Shown here: positions 28,147-38,080 of the stretch, piece after piece
Layout: the number at the start of each line of letters is the position of its first letter
Position numbering within the stretch: position 1 is the first letter of the stretch
NCBI GenBank assembly: GCA_044351575.1
Contig: JBILFN010000001.1
Span: 1-54,305, forward strand
Reading direction: 5' to 3'
DNA: 54,305 bases
Source: Chitinophagaceae bacterium
Lineage (GTDB): Bacteria; Bacteroidota; Bacteroidia; Chitinophagales; Chitinophagaceae
The notes under the pieces: generated by a model
Database searches by the model: none
What the model was told of the DNA's origin: nothing
What the model saw: only the letters and a program-made list of their open reading frames with translations
Translations under genes and position numbers: made by a program

Positions 28147-28863
28147 ATGGAAACCATCAAGGGAAAACAGATCTTACTGACCGGCGCCACCGGTGGCATC
28201 GGTGCGTCGACAGCCCGACTGCTAGTTGCTGGCGGAGCCCGTCTTTTTATCACCGGCCGCAACGCCGAAAAACTGAGTGCGCTGGCTGCCGAGTTGCATC
28301 TACCCGCAACGCAGTACTGTTGTGCCGAGCTGTCCGATGAGACCCAGGTGCGCGCACTCCATCAACAATATTTTTCTGTTTTTTCGGGTATAGATATACT
28401 GGTCAATGCATCTGGGGTGGGTATCATTCGGCCTATCGATCAGTTAACGGAGGTCGATCTGCTGCAAAGCCTTCGGTCGAACCTGATTGCTCCGTTCTTG
28501 CTGATCAAATCTTTTTTGCCGGCCATGAAAGAGGTAAAAAAAGGACTTGTGATCAACATACCCGGTGTGCTTGGAAAAGTGCCAATGGCAGGGGCCGCCG
28601 CCTACTGTGCCTCTAAGTACGGGTTAGTGGGAATGATGCAAAGTGTCAGAGAGGAGATAAAGCGTACCGAGATACGATTTACCAATATTTACCTGGGCGG
28701 TGTTGACTCGGCCTTTTGGGATACGATCGATCTGCGTGTGCAGCGCGACAAGATGATACAGGCCGATGAGGCTGCCCGCGCCATCTGGTTTCTTTGCCAG
28801 CAGCCGGCCAGCGGGGTGGTCAGCGAAATGGTGCTGCAGCCTTTTAACCACCAGGCGATCTGA
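28147..28863 (+). CDS. short-chain dehydrogenase/reductase
   Basis: TGATGGIG, DILVNASG, YCASK (YxxxK). Confidence 0.92.
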   Translation: METIKGKQILLTGATGGIGASTARLLVAGGARLFITGRNAEKLSALAAELHLPATQYCCAELSDETQVRALHQQYFSVFSGIDILVNASGVGIIRPIDQLTEVDLLQSLRSNLIAPFLLIKSFLPAMKEVKKGLVINIPGVLGKVPMAGAAAYCASKYGLVGMMQSVREEIKRTEIRFTNIYLGGVDSAFWDTIDLRVQRDKMIQADEAARAIWFLCQQPASGVVSEMVLQPFNHQAI

Positions 28864-28950
28864 TTTTTTGGATATTAATACGGTGGGCATCGATTATTTT
28901 TGCGCAGTTTACAAGAGGAATCTCCTGTTGCCCGACACAAACCGCTCGCC

Positions 28951-30183
28951 ATGGCTTTACCCGATCCCGTTATTTCGTTCGATAATACAGAGTATGCCTT
29001 TGAATATAAATCGGATGCCGCACTTAGAAAGGCCCGGTTTCTTTTTTCTGTTATGTCCTATCCCTGGCTGGTTTCGTTAGGAACACGCCTAGCGCCATGG
29101 GCCATACAAACAGGCCTTCCTGTTAAGGGGCTTCTACGAAAAACATTATTCGCCCAGTTCGTGGGAGGTGAAACGCTCGAAAGCACCCGTACCGTTGCAG
29201 CAGCGCTGGGCAACTATGGGGTGCAGGTGATTTTGGATTATGGGGTAGAAGGAAAGGAGGGCGAGGAAAATTTTGACCGGGCGGTACAGGAATTTAGCAG
29301 AGTTATCGATCATGCCGCGGCTACCTCGATCCCCTTTATGAGCATCAAGGTAACCGGTTTTGCTCGTTTCGGGTTATTAGAGCAGTTGCATGATGCCATG
29401 ACTTCTCAGTCGGGCCATCTAGTGGATCGTTACCAAGGGATGCTGGCTCACTTGAATCAATCGCTTAAGGATGAGTGGCAAAAAGTGTACGATCGGGTGC
29501 TGCACCTTTGTACGCGTGCCGCACAAAAAGGGGTAGGTGTGGCCATCGATGCAGAGGAAAGTTGGATCCAGGAGCCGATCGATGCGCTGGCCATGCAGAT
29601 GATGGAACAGTTCAATACAACAAGGCCTGTCGTGTACAATACGACACAACTCTACCGGCACGACCGTTTTTCTTTTTTGCAAGATTGCCAGGCGCTCGCT
29701 GCCTCTAACAAGTACATATTGGCCGTAAAGCTGGTGCGAGGTGCCTATATGGAAAAGGAGCGTAAAAGGGCCCAAGACAAGCAATATGCTTCTCCCATTC
29801 ATGCCAGCAAACAAGCGGTAGACCAAGATTATAACCAGGCCCTGCACTTTTGCATAGACCGTCTTGATGGCACGGCACTGATCGTAGCTTCTCACAACGA
29901 GTACAGCAATCTGTTGGCCGCTCAGTTAATGCAACAAAAAGGACACTCATTGCGTCATCCGCACATTCACTGGAGTCAGCTCTATGGCATGAGCGATAAT
30001 ATTACGTTCAACCTCTCGAAGGCCGGCGCCAGTGTCAGCAAGTACCTTCCCTTTGGTCCCATAGAGGATGTGATCCCTTATCTGATGCGTCGGGCACAAG
30101 AGAACACCTCTGTAAAGGGACAGACCGGTCGCGAACTGGCCCTCATTCAAAAAGAGTTGGACAGAAGAAGGCATTCCGCTTAA
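28951..30183 (+). CDS. monofunctional proline dehydrogenase
   Basis: [49 protein letters not shown]; TATTTTTG box at 28895-28902. Confidence 0.92.
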   Translation: MALPDPVISFDNTEYAFEYKSDAALRKARFLFSVMSYPWLVSLGTRLAPWAIQTGLPVKGLLRKTLFAQFVGGETLESTRTVAAALGNYGVQVILDYGVEGKEGEENFDRAVQEFSRVIDHAAATSIPFMSIKVTGFARFGLLEQLHDAMTSQSGHLVDRYQGMLAHLNQSLKDEWQKVYDRVLHLCTRAAQKGVGVAIDAEESWIQEPIDALAMQMMEQFNTTRPVVYNTTQLYRHDRFSFLQDCQALAASNKYILAVKLVRGAYMEKERKRAQDKQYASPIHASKQAVDQDYNQALHFCIDRLDGTALIVASHNEYSNLLAAQLMQQKGHSLRHPHIHWSQLYGMSDNITFNLSKAGASVSKYLPFGPIEDVIPYLMRRAQENTSVKGQTGRELALIQKELDRRRHSA

Positions 30184-30191
30184 TTTGCGGT

Positions 30192-30986
30192 ATGCAACAG
30201 TATCACCAGCTGCTTCGGCATATTCTAGAGAATGGCGTACAAAAGACCGACCGAACCGGTACGGGTACGCAAAGTGTATTCGGGTACCAGTTTCGCTTTA
30301 ATCTCGAAGAAGGATTTCCGCTGGTGACCACCAAAAAATTACATCTCAAAAGTATCATCTACGAGTTGTTGTGGTTTTTGAGAGGAGAGACCAATATCGC
30401 TTACCTCAAAGAGAACGGTGTTAGTATTTGGGATGAATGGGCCAACGAACAAGGAGAATTGGGACCCGTTTACGGAAAGCAATGGCGCAGTTGGGAAGGA
30501 AAGGACGGGAAAGTGGTCGATCAGATAAAAGACCTGATAACCCAGATCAAGACCAACCCCGATAGCCGTCGGTTGATCGTAAGCGCCTGGAATGTGGCCG
30601 AACTTCCTAGGATGGCCTTGATGCCTTGTCATGCCTTGTTTCAATTCTACGTGGCCAATGGCAAGCTTAGTTGTCAGCTCTACCAGCGCAGCGCCGATGT
30701 TTTTTTGGGTGTTCCTTTCAACATCGCCTCGTATGCATTGCTTACGCATATGATCGCTCAAGTCTGTGGGCTGGGGGTGGGCGATTTTGTACACACATTC
30801 GGTGACGTTCACATCTACAGCAATCATCGCGAGCAAGTGCTCTTGCAGTTGAGCAGAGAGCCGTATCCATTGCCCACGCTGCAGCTTAATGCGTCGGTGA
30901 CCGATATCTTTTCGTTTCAATACGAAGATTTTGCATTGCTCAATTACCAGCATCATCCGGCTATCAAAGCACCTGTCGCCATCTGA
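30192..30986 (+). CDS. thyA: thymidylate synthase
   Basis: [44 protein letters not shown]. Confidence 0.98.
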   Translation: MQQYHQLLRHILENGVQKTDRTGTGTQSVFGYQFRFNLEEGFPLVTTKKLHLKSIIYELLWFLRGETNIAYLKENGVSIWDEWANEQGELGPVYGKQWRSWEGKDGKVVDQIKDLITQIKTNPDSRRLIVSAWNVAELPRMALMPCHALFQFYVANGKLSCQLYQRSADVFLGVPFNIASYALLTHMIAQVCGLGVGDFVHTFGDVHIYSNHREQVLLQLSREPYPLPTLQLNASVTDIFSFQYEDFALLNYQHHPAIKAPVAI

Positions 30987-31024
30987 GCGTAGAATAATTT
31001 ATTTTTGAACCTAATTGTAACCGC

Positions 31025-31522
31025 ATGCTTATTTCGCTGGTCGTTGCCGCTGCCTCTAATCATGCCATTGGCAAAGAGGGTACACTGCCCTGGCAACTGC
31101 CTGCCGATCTTCGCCATTTTAAGAATATTACCTGGGGGTTACCCATCATCATGGGTCGAAAGACCTTTGAATCCTTATCGGGGGCTTTACCCGGTCGCAC
31201 CAACATTATACTGACCCGCAGCAGCGACTGGTCTGCCGCCAACGATCAAGTGGCCGTGGTGGCTACTCCCGAAGAGGCCTTAGCGAAGGCCCGTGCGGTC
31301 CATGCCAAAGAAGTAATGATCATTGGAGGCGGCGAGATCTATTCGATCTTTTTGCCCATGGCCCATCGTATTTACATGACCCGGGTAGAGGCAGCCCCCG
31401 CCGCCGATACCTTTTTTCCTGCACTCGACCCTGAGCATTGGAGGCTAAAGCAACAGCTGCGACAGGAGGCCGATGCCAAGAATGCGTATAATTATTCGTT
31501 TGAGATCTGGGAGCGAATTTAA
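31025..31522 (+). CDS. folA: dihydrofolate reductase
   Basis: AIGKEGTLPW, IMGRKTFES, LPGRTNIIL, IIGGGEIY, DTFFP. Confidence 0.97.
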   Translation: MLISLVVAAASNHAIGKEGTLPWQLPADLRHFKNITWGLPIIMGRKTFESLSGALPGRTNIILTRSSDWSAANDQVAVVATPEEALAKARAVHAKEVMIIGGGEIYSIFLPMAHRIYMTRVEAAPAADTFFPALDPEHWRLKQQLRQEADAKNAYNYSFEIWERI

Positions 31523-31530
31523 AACTCCTT

Positions 31531-32331
31531 ATGCATTCTATTTTAAGCACTTGTGTAGACTACCTAAAATTTTATAAAAGAGCCGATCCGGTCAGCGGTC
31601 ATGGCATTCATTCCCCATTTGTATATCGCCTTGCCCGCGAAGTGCTGGGCGATAAGAATGCCTATTCTGCTTACAGTACCTGGAATAGCTGGCGCAGCGA
31701 ATTGTTATCGGATCATTCGTTATTGCCCATCGTAGAGTTGGGGGCCGGCTCTGTTACGGCTCCCGGGCGTTCTGCAAGAGCGGTATCCGATCTGGCCCGA
31801 CGAGTGGCCAAGCCGGTTCGAACCGGGCGCCTATTGTACCGCCTGGCTCAATTTGCTGCCCCTGCTCATGTGGTGGAGCTGGGCACCTCACTGGGGTTGA
31901 GCGCCGCCTGGTTTTCGCTGGCCTGCCCATCGGCTTGCATTCATACCATCGAGGGTAATCCCGCTATAGCGAATAAGGCCATATCTAACTTCGATCGTTG
32001 GAAACTAAATAATGTTCACCTAAGTACTGGCCCTTTCGATACGGCATTGCCTGCATTGTTAGATCGGATACCGCGTGTCGATCTTGCGTTTTTGGATGGG
32101 CATCACCAGCAAGAACCTACGCTGCGCTATTTTGGGCAACTGCTAGCAAAAAAACAGTCCGATTCGATGTTTATCGTAGATGATATTTACTGGAGTCCGG
32201 GTATGAAAGCGGCTTGGCAAGCTATCAAGCAGCACCCCGAGGTGCGCTGCACCATCGATCTTTTTGAGTTCGGGTTGGTCTTTTTTAAAGAAGAATTTAA
32301 GGAGGCACGCCACTTCTCCATCCGTTTTTAA
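31531..32331 (+). CDS. class I SAM-dependent methyltransferase
   Basis: HGIHSPFVY, VELGTSLG, AFLDGHH, VDDIYWS. Confidence 0.88.
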   Translation: MHSILSTCVDYLKFYKRADPVSGHGIHSPFVYRLAREVLGDKNAYSAYSTWNSWRSELLSDHSLLPIVELGAGSVTAPGRSARAVSDLARRVAKPVRTGRLLYRLAQFAAPAHVVELGTSLGLSAAWFSLACPSACIHTIEGNPAIANKAISNFDRWKLNNVHLSTGPFDTALPALLDRIPRVDLAFLDGHHQQEPTLRYFGQLLAKKQSDSMFIVDDIYWSPGMKAAWQAIKQHPEVRCTIDLFEFGLVFFKEEFKEARHFSIRF

Positions 32332-32370
32332 TCGCTACCTTAGTTCCAACTTACTTTTCAATTTATTATT

Positions 32371-33480
32371 ATGGTCATTGGCGTTTTGCGAGAATCCATG
32401 CCCGAGACAAGGGTCTCTCTTACCGACGAAGGGGTAGCGGCTCTCTTAAAAAAAGGTGTCGAGGTGGTTGTGGAGCAAGGTGCGGGTCAACAGGCATTTT
32501 GCGATGATGAGGCCTATCGCAAAGCCGGTGCAACGGTTTTATCGGCAGCAGAGGTAATCGCGCGATCTTCCGTATTGCTTTGTATTCATCCTCCTGCTGC
32601 AGAGCAAATGCCGAACCTGCAACAAAAAGTGATCGTAGGCGCCTACCAGCCGCTATATCAAAAGGAGTGGGCTGCTGCGGTAGCCAAGCATAACATCACT
32701 TGTTTTTCGCTCGATATGTTGCCTCGTACCACGCGTGCGCAGGCTATGGATATTCTCAGCTCTCAGGCCAATATTGCCGGCTATAAGGCGGTATTGCTCG
32801 CTGCTACTACGTATAGTCGTTATTTTCCGATGTTCATGACCGCAGCCGGTAGCATAGCACCTGCCAAAGTGTTGATCTTGGGGGCCGGCGTAGCGGGCTT
32901 ACAGGCCATTGCCACCGCCAAGCGCTTGGGCGCCGTTATTGAGGTATTCGACACGCGTCCTGCCGTAAAAGAAGAAGTGATGAGCCTGGGGGCCAAATTT
33001 ATTGAGGTAGAGGGTGCAGCCGATGCCAGCAAGGCCGGTGGCTATGCGGTAGAGCAATCTGCCGACTACCTGCAACGCCAAAGCGAGCGAATTGCGGCCG
33101 CTGCGGCCAAAGCCGACATCATTATCACCACGGCTCAAATACCCGGAAAAAAAGCACCGATCCTTATTACCGAGTCGATGATCGCCGCTATGCGCGCCGG
33201 ATCGGTGATCGTAGATCTGGTTGCAGCTACCGGAGGTAACACCCCCTTTACCGAGAACAATAAGACCATTCAAAAAAATAGTGTTACCATCATTGGTAAC
33301 TCATCGCTGTTTTGCAACATGCCTGCCGATGCCAGTAAGCTCTATGGAAAGAACATCATCAATTTTTTGCAATTACTGTTGAGCAAAGAAGGTCAATTGC
33401 AACTCAACTGGAACGATGAGCTGGTCAAAGGATGTTGCATTTCGCACGAGGGGCAAATCGTACACGAACGTTTAAAATAA
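32371..33480 (+). CDS. pntA: NAD(P) transhydrogenase alpha subunit, soluble domain I
   Basis: ETRVSL, PRTTRAQAMDILSSQ, GAGVAGLQAIATA, TTAQIPGKKAP. Confidence 0.95.
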   Translation: MVIGVLRESMPETRVSLTDEGVAALLKKGVEVVVEQGAGQQAFCDDEAYRKAGATVLSAAEVIARSSVLLCIHPPAAEQMPNLQQKVIVGAYQPLYQKEWAAAVAKHNITCFSLDMLPRTTRAQAMDILSSQANIAGYKAVLLAATTYSRYFPMFMTAAGSIAPAKVLILGAGVAGLQAIATAKRLGAVIEVFDTRPAVKEEVMSLGAKFIEVEGAADASKAGGYAVEQSADYLQRQSERIAAAAAKADIIITTAQIPGKKAPILITESMIAAMRAGSVIVDLVAATGGNTPFTENNKTIQKNSVTIIGNSSLFCNMPADASKLYGKNIINFLQLLLSKEGQLQLNWNDELVKGCCISHEGQIVHERLK

Positions 33481-33486
33481 TCAGGT

Positions 33487-33804
33487 ATGACTTCTGTATT
33501 TAATTGGATTCATGAGCATCAGGCCATCATATACATTGTGGTGCTGATGATCTTTGTGGGTATCGAAGTGATCGGCAGTGTGCCTAGCGTGTTGCATACT
33601 CCTTTAATGAGTGGGGCCAATGCGATTCACGGGGTGGTGATCATTGGGGCCATCATCGTTATGGGAAAGGCCGAGTCCGATAATTATCTGGCATTGGCAC
33701 TGGGGTTTTTGGCGGTGGTATTGGGTACGCTGAACGTAGTGGGTGGATTCGTGGTCACCGACAGGATGTTAGAGATGTTCAGCAAAAAGAAAAAGTCCTC
33801 CTAA
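33487..33804 (+). CDS. NAD(P) transhydrogenase alpha subunit part 2 (membrane)
   Basis: LHTPLMSGANAIHG, NVVGGFVVTDRMLEMF. Confidence 0.95.
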   Translation: MTSVFNWIHEHQAIIYIVVLMIFVGIEVIGSVPSVLHTPLMSGANAIHGVVIIGAIIVMGKAESDNYLALALGFLAVVLGTLNVVGGFVVTDRMLEMFSKKKKSS

Positions 33805-33823
33805 GCTTTAAAACTTCTTATCT

Positions 33824-35263
33824 GTGGAATTTAATATCCTCTCTCTTATTTATCTGCTGGCTTCGGTCACGTTTATTGTCGGGCTCAAGATGCTCTCTCA
33901 TCCTACAACGGCTCGAAAAGGAAATGCGGTGGCCGCTGCTGGAATGGCCTTGGCGATCGTTGGAACTATTTTTTTATATAACGAAGAAGGGGAGACGCTC
34001 GGCAACTACGGGTGGATCTTTGCCGGTCTTGCGATCGGCTCTGTGATCGGTACGCTGGCGGCCCGTCGCGTTAAAATGACCGCCATGCCCGAGATGGTGA
34101 GTTTGTTCAATGGGATGGGGGGCGCCTGCGCCGCTTTGATCAGTATTGTGGAGTTCGATCACCTGGTACATATGCTTGACGGTCCCGGCGTGTTGATGCT
34201 GATGCTGCCAGACGCAGCCGGTGCATTGACCGGGCTGGTGATTATTATTTTACTCGGTCTTATTATCGGCTCTGTTTCTTTTGCTGGTAGCATGGTGGCA
34301 TGGGGTAAATTAAATGGGTCGCTCCGTGACTTTTCTTTTCGTGGTCAACAGGCCTTTAATATCGGATTACTCCTTTTGATCTTAGGATTGGCTGCGTATT
34401 TGGTGGTGGCATTGCCCGCAAATGCACAGCTTCTCTTCTACGTGATCTTTGCCTTATCGATCTTGTACGGATTATTTTTTGTGTTTCCGATCGGCGGGGC
34501 CGACATGCCGGTGGTCATTTCATTACTCAACTCTTTTACCGGTGTAGCCGCAGCCTGCGGTGGGTTTCTTTATGATAATAAAGTGATGCTGACCGGAGGC
34601 ATCTTGGTGGGTGCGGCCGGAACACTATTGACCATTCTGATGTGCAAGGCCATGAATCGCTCGCTCACCAACGTGCTGATCGGAGCCTTTGGCGGAAATA
34701 CGGCGACCACTGCGGCGGGTCAATCGCAGGGGTCCTATAAAGAGATCTCGCTATCGGATGCGGCCGTTGTAATGAGCTATGCGAATAAAGTGATGATCGT
34801 ACCGGGTTACGGACTGGCTGTAGCGCAAGCCCAACATGCTTGTCATGAGCTAGAAAAATTACTAACCTCAAAGGGCGTTACCGTCAGCTATGCCATTCAT
34901 CCGGTGGCGGGTCGTATGCCTGGTCATATGAACGTGCTCTTGGCAGAGGCCGATGTGTCGTACGAAAAGCTGCTCGAGATGGAACAGGCCAACGAAGAAT
35001 TTCCTACTACCGATGTGGTCTTGATCTTAGGCGCCAACGATGTGGTCAACCCGGCTGCTAAGTCCGATCCGGCCTCTCCGATCTATGGTATGCCGATCTT
35101 GGATGTGGAGCTGGCCAAGCACGTGATCGTCAACAAGCGTAGTATGAAACCTGGTTATGCAGGCATTGAGAACGATCTTTTCTTTCGGCCTAAGACCTCG
35201 ATGTTATTCGGCGATGCCAAAAAAGTGCTGCAAGACCTGATTACAGAAGTAAAGAATAGTTAG
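33824..35263 (+). CDS. pntB: NAD(P) transhydrogenase beta subunit
   Basis: MTAMPEMV, IGGADMPVVISLLNS, VPGYGLAVAQAQ, HPVAGRMPGHMNV, GANDVVNP; GTG start. Confidence 0.97.
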   Translation: MEFNILSLIYLLASVTFIVGLKMLSHPTTARKGNAVAAAGMALAIVGTIFLYNEEGETLGNYGWIFAGLAIGSVIGTLAARRVKMTAMPEMVSLFNGMGGACAALISIVEFDHLVHMLDGPGVLMLMLPDAAGALTGLVIIILLGLIIGSVSFAGSMVAWGKLNGSLRDFSFRGQQAFNIGLLLLILGLAAYLVVALPANAQLLFYVIFALSILYGLFFVFPIGGADMPVVISLLNSFTGVAAACGGFLYDNKVMLTGGILVGAAGTLLTILMCKAMNRSLTNVLIGAFGGNTATTAAGQSQGSYKEISLSDAAVVMSYANKVMIVPGYGLAVAQAQHACHELEKLLTSKGVTVSYAIHPVAGRMPGHMNVLLAEADVSYEKLLEMEQANEEFPTTDVVLILGANDVVNPAAKSDPASPIYGMPILDVELAKHVIVNKRSMKPGYAGIENDLFFRPKTSMLFGDAKKVLQDLITEVKNS

Positions 35264-36612
35264 TGTCGCTTCCCGCATCATTACTCGATGAGCTTTCGGT
35301 CGCTCCCGGTTTTGACCGCGCCGGTTTTTTACAAGCGCATCTCGATGCACAGCCTCCTACTTCGATCCGTTTGAATCCATCCAAGCTGCCTCCGTTGAAC
35401 GAGGCCATGCAGCCCATCGGGTGGTCGCGCTATGGGTACTACTTGCAACAACGTCCCTCCTTTACCTTCGATCCCTTGTTTCATGCCGGCTGCTATTATG
35501 TGCAAGAAGCCAGTAGTATGTTGCTCGAGCAGGCCTTTCTGCAATTGATGCCACAGGATCGGCCGTTGCGGGTGTTGGATCTCTGCGCCGCACCGGGCGG
35601 TAAGAGCACTCATTTATATTCTCTATTGCCCGCCGGCAGTTCTTTGATCGCTAACGATGTGATCCGTTCAAGGGCGTTGGTGCTGCGCGATAACTTAATA
35701 AAGTGGGGAACAAAAAATGCGATGGTCACCAACAATGACCCCGAGCAGTTTAGGGCACTCGAAAATTATTTTGACTGGATTACGGTAGACGCTCCCTGTA
35801 GCGGGAGCGGTCTTTTTAGAAAAGACCGAGATGCCATTGCGCATTGGAGTCCGGCTGCCGTACAACACTGTGCCGCAAGACAGCAACGAATCTTATCGGC
35901 CGCTTGGGAGGCGCTTCGTCCCGGTGGTATCTTGTTCTATTCTACCTGCTCTTACTCGATCGAAGAAAACGAGTCGACGGCCGCCTGGATGATGCGCGAA
36001 CTAAAAGCAGAGCCCCTGACCCTTGCATTACAACCAGCGTGGGGTATAACCCCCACCGATCCGGGGTATCGTTGCTGGCCCGACAAAACAATGGGCGAAG
36101 GATTTTATTGTTGCTGCTTACAAAAGCCCTTCAATGGAGAGGGGGCTTCTTTGCCTCGAGCGCAAAAGGCATTGCGTGCAGCCGGTAAAAGCGAGATGAA
36201 TCTAATTCGTTCTTGGACCAATAGCGAGGATGCCTTTTATCTTTTGCTTCAACAAACCGTGTACGTGTGGCCCGCTTACCTGCGCAGTGAGTGGGAGAGT
36301 TGTGTTGCGTTACTCAATGTAATTTATTCGGGAGTGAGAGTGGGGGAGTTACTGCCCGATAAACTGGTGCCCGATCATGCATTGGCGCAAAGTAGTTACC
36401 TGGGCAACACGGTCGCTTCGGTTGCTTTGTCGCTCGAAGAGGCCATACTATACTTACAACGAAAGCCTTTTGTGCCTGCACAGGCAGCTAAAGGCTGGAC
36501 GGTGGCCACTCATCGGCAGTTCGCTCTTGGCTGGGTCAATTCACTTTCTACGCGTATCAATAATTATTACCCCAAGGAGCTTCGCATAATCAAAGACAGT
36601 CAGGGTTCTTGA
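35263..36612 (+). CDS. RsmF/RsmB (NOL1/NOP2/Sun) family rRNA m5C methyltransferase
   Basis: YYVQEASSM, LDLCAAPGGKS, VDAPCSGSG, YSTCSY..EENE, C-terminal NNYYPKELR. Confidence 0.92.
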   Translation: MSLPASLLDELSVAPGFDRAGFLQAHLDAQPPTSIRLNPSKLPPLNEAMQPIGWSRYGYYLQQRPSFTFDPLFHAGCYYVQEASSMLLEQAFLQLMPQDRPLRVLDLCAAPGGKSTHLYSLLPAGSSLIANDVIRSRALVLRDNLIKWGTKNAMVTNNDPEQFRALENYFDWITVDAPCSGSGLFRKDRDAIAHWSPAAVQHCAARQQRILSAAWEALRPGGILFYSTCSYSIEENESTAAWMMRELKAEPLTLALQPAWGITPTDPGYRCWPDKTMGEGFYCCCLQKPFNGEGASLPRAQKALRAAGKSEMNLIRSWTNSEDAFYLLLQQTVYVWPAYLRSEWESCVALLNVIYSGVRVGELLPDKLVPDHALAQSSYLGNTVASVALSLEEAILYLQRKPFVPAQAAKGWTVATHRQFALGWVNSLSTRINNYYPKELRIIKDSQGS

Positions 36613-36639
36613 ATTTCCGCATCTTTGTAACTTTCATTT

Positions 36640-37119
36640 ATGCAAAAGTTGCTGTTGATTTTTTTGGTGGTGTTGGCCTGCGTCTCCTTGCAGGCACAGC
36701 CTGTGGGTCGGACTACTCCAGCACCTGTAACGGCTATAGATACGGTTCGTAACGAGGTGTTGTATAGGTTCTTGCTTCGGGGGCAAGGCTATTTTAAAAA
36801 TGCCTTCGAAGAATGGCTCGATGGGTCTATTCCCTTGCAACAACTGGTCAAGTCGTCTGTCTTTAAAACACAAAGCGGTTTTGCCGATCAGAAGTATTAC
36901 GTGATGACGAACCTGGCTCCGACGGGTTCATATGTGTATTTATATGCCGATGCGCAAAGCCGGGGTGTCTATGCCAAGGTAATCGGTCCCTTGCATGACA
37001 TAAGGCTCAATATGGATTTGGATATCCGTATTAGCACGGCGGCTGCCCAGGCATTGGGAATACAGCAGGCAGAATCATTCTCTCTTACGCTTTATTATTG
37101 GGCCTCTTCGAATCGATAG
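36640..37119 (+). CDS. secreted hypothetical protein, possible RlpA-like double-psi beta-barrel C-terminus
   Basis: Signal peptide; C-terminal YYVM..APTGS...VYAKVIG...IRISTAAAQALG pattern. Confidence 0.55.
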   Translation: MQKLLLIFLVVLACVSLQAQPVGRTTPAPVTAIDTVRNEVLYRFLLRGQGYFKNAFEEWLDGSIPLQQLVKSSVFKTQSGFADQKYYVMTNLAPTGSYVYLYADAQSRGVYAKVIGPLHDIRLNMDLDIRISTAAAQALGIQQAESFSLTLYYWASSNR

Positions 37120-38045
37120 CCTTTTAGAAACTCACCGATCGGCATCCTCTTTTTTCCTTCGAGCTGCAGTTGTAAGATTTGTAGCGCGCCTTTACCACAG
37201 CCATATTTTAAATACGTTTTGCCGTCGGTCTCTACCTGCCCGGGAGATAGAGCGCCGTGTTCGGGTAGCGGTCTGCTTTCGATGATCTTCAGCAATTTTC
37301 CGTTGAGGAGCGTATGCGCGCAAGGCGTCGGGCTCAATCCTCTTACCAGATTATGAATGGAGTGGGCAGGTTGATGCCAGTCGATCTTTCCGGTCTCTTT
37401 GGTTAGTTTGGGGGCATGTCGCAGTGTCGACACATCTGTACCCAGCGACGATTGTGGGGTTGGAGTAATGGTCCTTTCGATCCATCCCCGAACGCTCTTG
37501 ACCAATAACGCTGCACCGATCTCTTTCATTTTATCGTGCAGTTCGCCGGCAGTTTCGTTGGGGCCAATCTCAATGGACGTTCGTAAGAGTATTTGTCCGG
37601 TGTCAATTTCGTGTTGCAATAGAAAAGTAGTAGCCCCGGTTTTTGTTTGGCCGTCGATGATGGCCCAATTGATGGGAGCCGCACCACGATACTGTGGTAG
37701 CAGCGAGCCATGTAAATTGATAGTGCCGAGCCTGGGGCGATTCCACACTACTTCGGGTAGCATTCGAAAGGCCACTACCACTTGCAGATCGGCTTTCCAA
37801 TTATCGAGCGCTTCCAAAAAAGAAGCGTCCTTAAGTTTTACAGGTTGAAGCAGCGGGATTCCCTTTTCTAGCGCGTAGGTCTTGACCGCTGAGGGTTGCA
37901 GTTGCATACCCCGACCAGCCGGTTTATCGGCTGCGGTAACTACCCCTACGATCTGAAAGCCCGCATTGCAGAGTGCGTCGAGGCTTGCCACGGCAAAATC
38001 CGGAGTACCCATAAAAACAATGCGCACGGCGCTGTAGTCTTCCAT
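37095..38045 (-). CDS. fmt: methionyl-tRNA formyltransferase
   Basis: RIVFMGTPDFA, DKPAGRG, INLHGSLLPQYRGAAPINW, VRGLSP, LEGKKRM. Confidence 0.97.
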   Translation of the reverse strand: MEDYSAVRIVFMGTPDFAVASLDALCNAGFQIVGVVTAADKPAGRGMQLQPSAVKTYALEKGIPLLQPVKLKDASFLEALDNWKADLQVVVAFRMLPEVVWNRPRLGTINLHGSLLPQYRGAAPINWAIIDGQTKTGATTFLLQHEIDTGQILLRTSIEIGPNETAGELHDKMKEIGAALLVKSVRGWIERTITPTPQSSLGTDVSTLRHAPKLTKETGKIDWHQPAHSIHNLVRGLSPTPCAHTLLNGKLLKIIESRPLPEHGALSPGQVETDGKTYLKYGCGKGALQILQLQLEGKKRMPIGEFLKGYRFEEAQ

Positions 38046-38080
38046 GGCAGCGAAAGTAGCAAAAAGCGGGGGCTCAATGA

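Noticed and set aside
32371-33804. Split pntA as a pseudogene or frameshift
   Set aside because: The three-gene transhydrogenase organisation (alpha1, alpha2, beta) is well known, and both parts have clean starts and stops.
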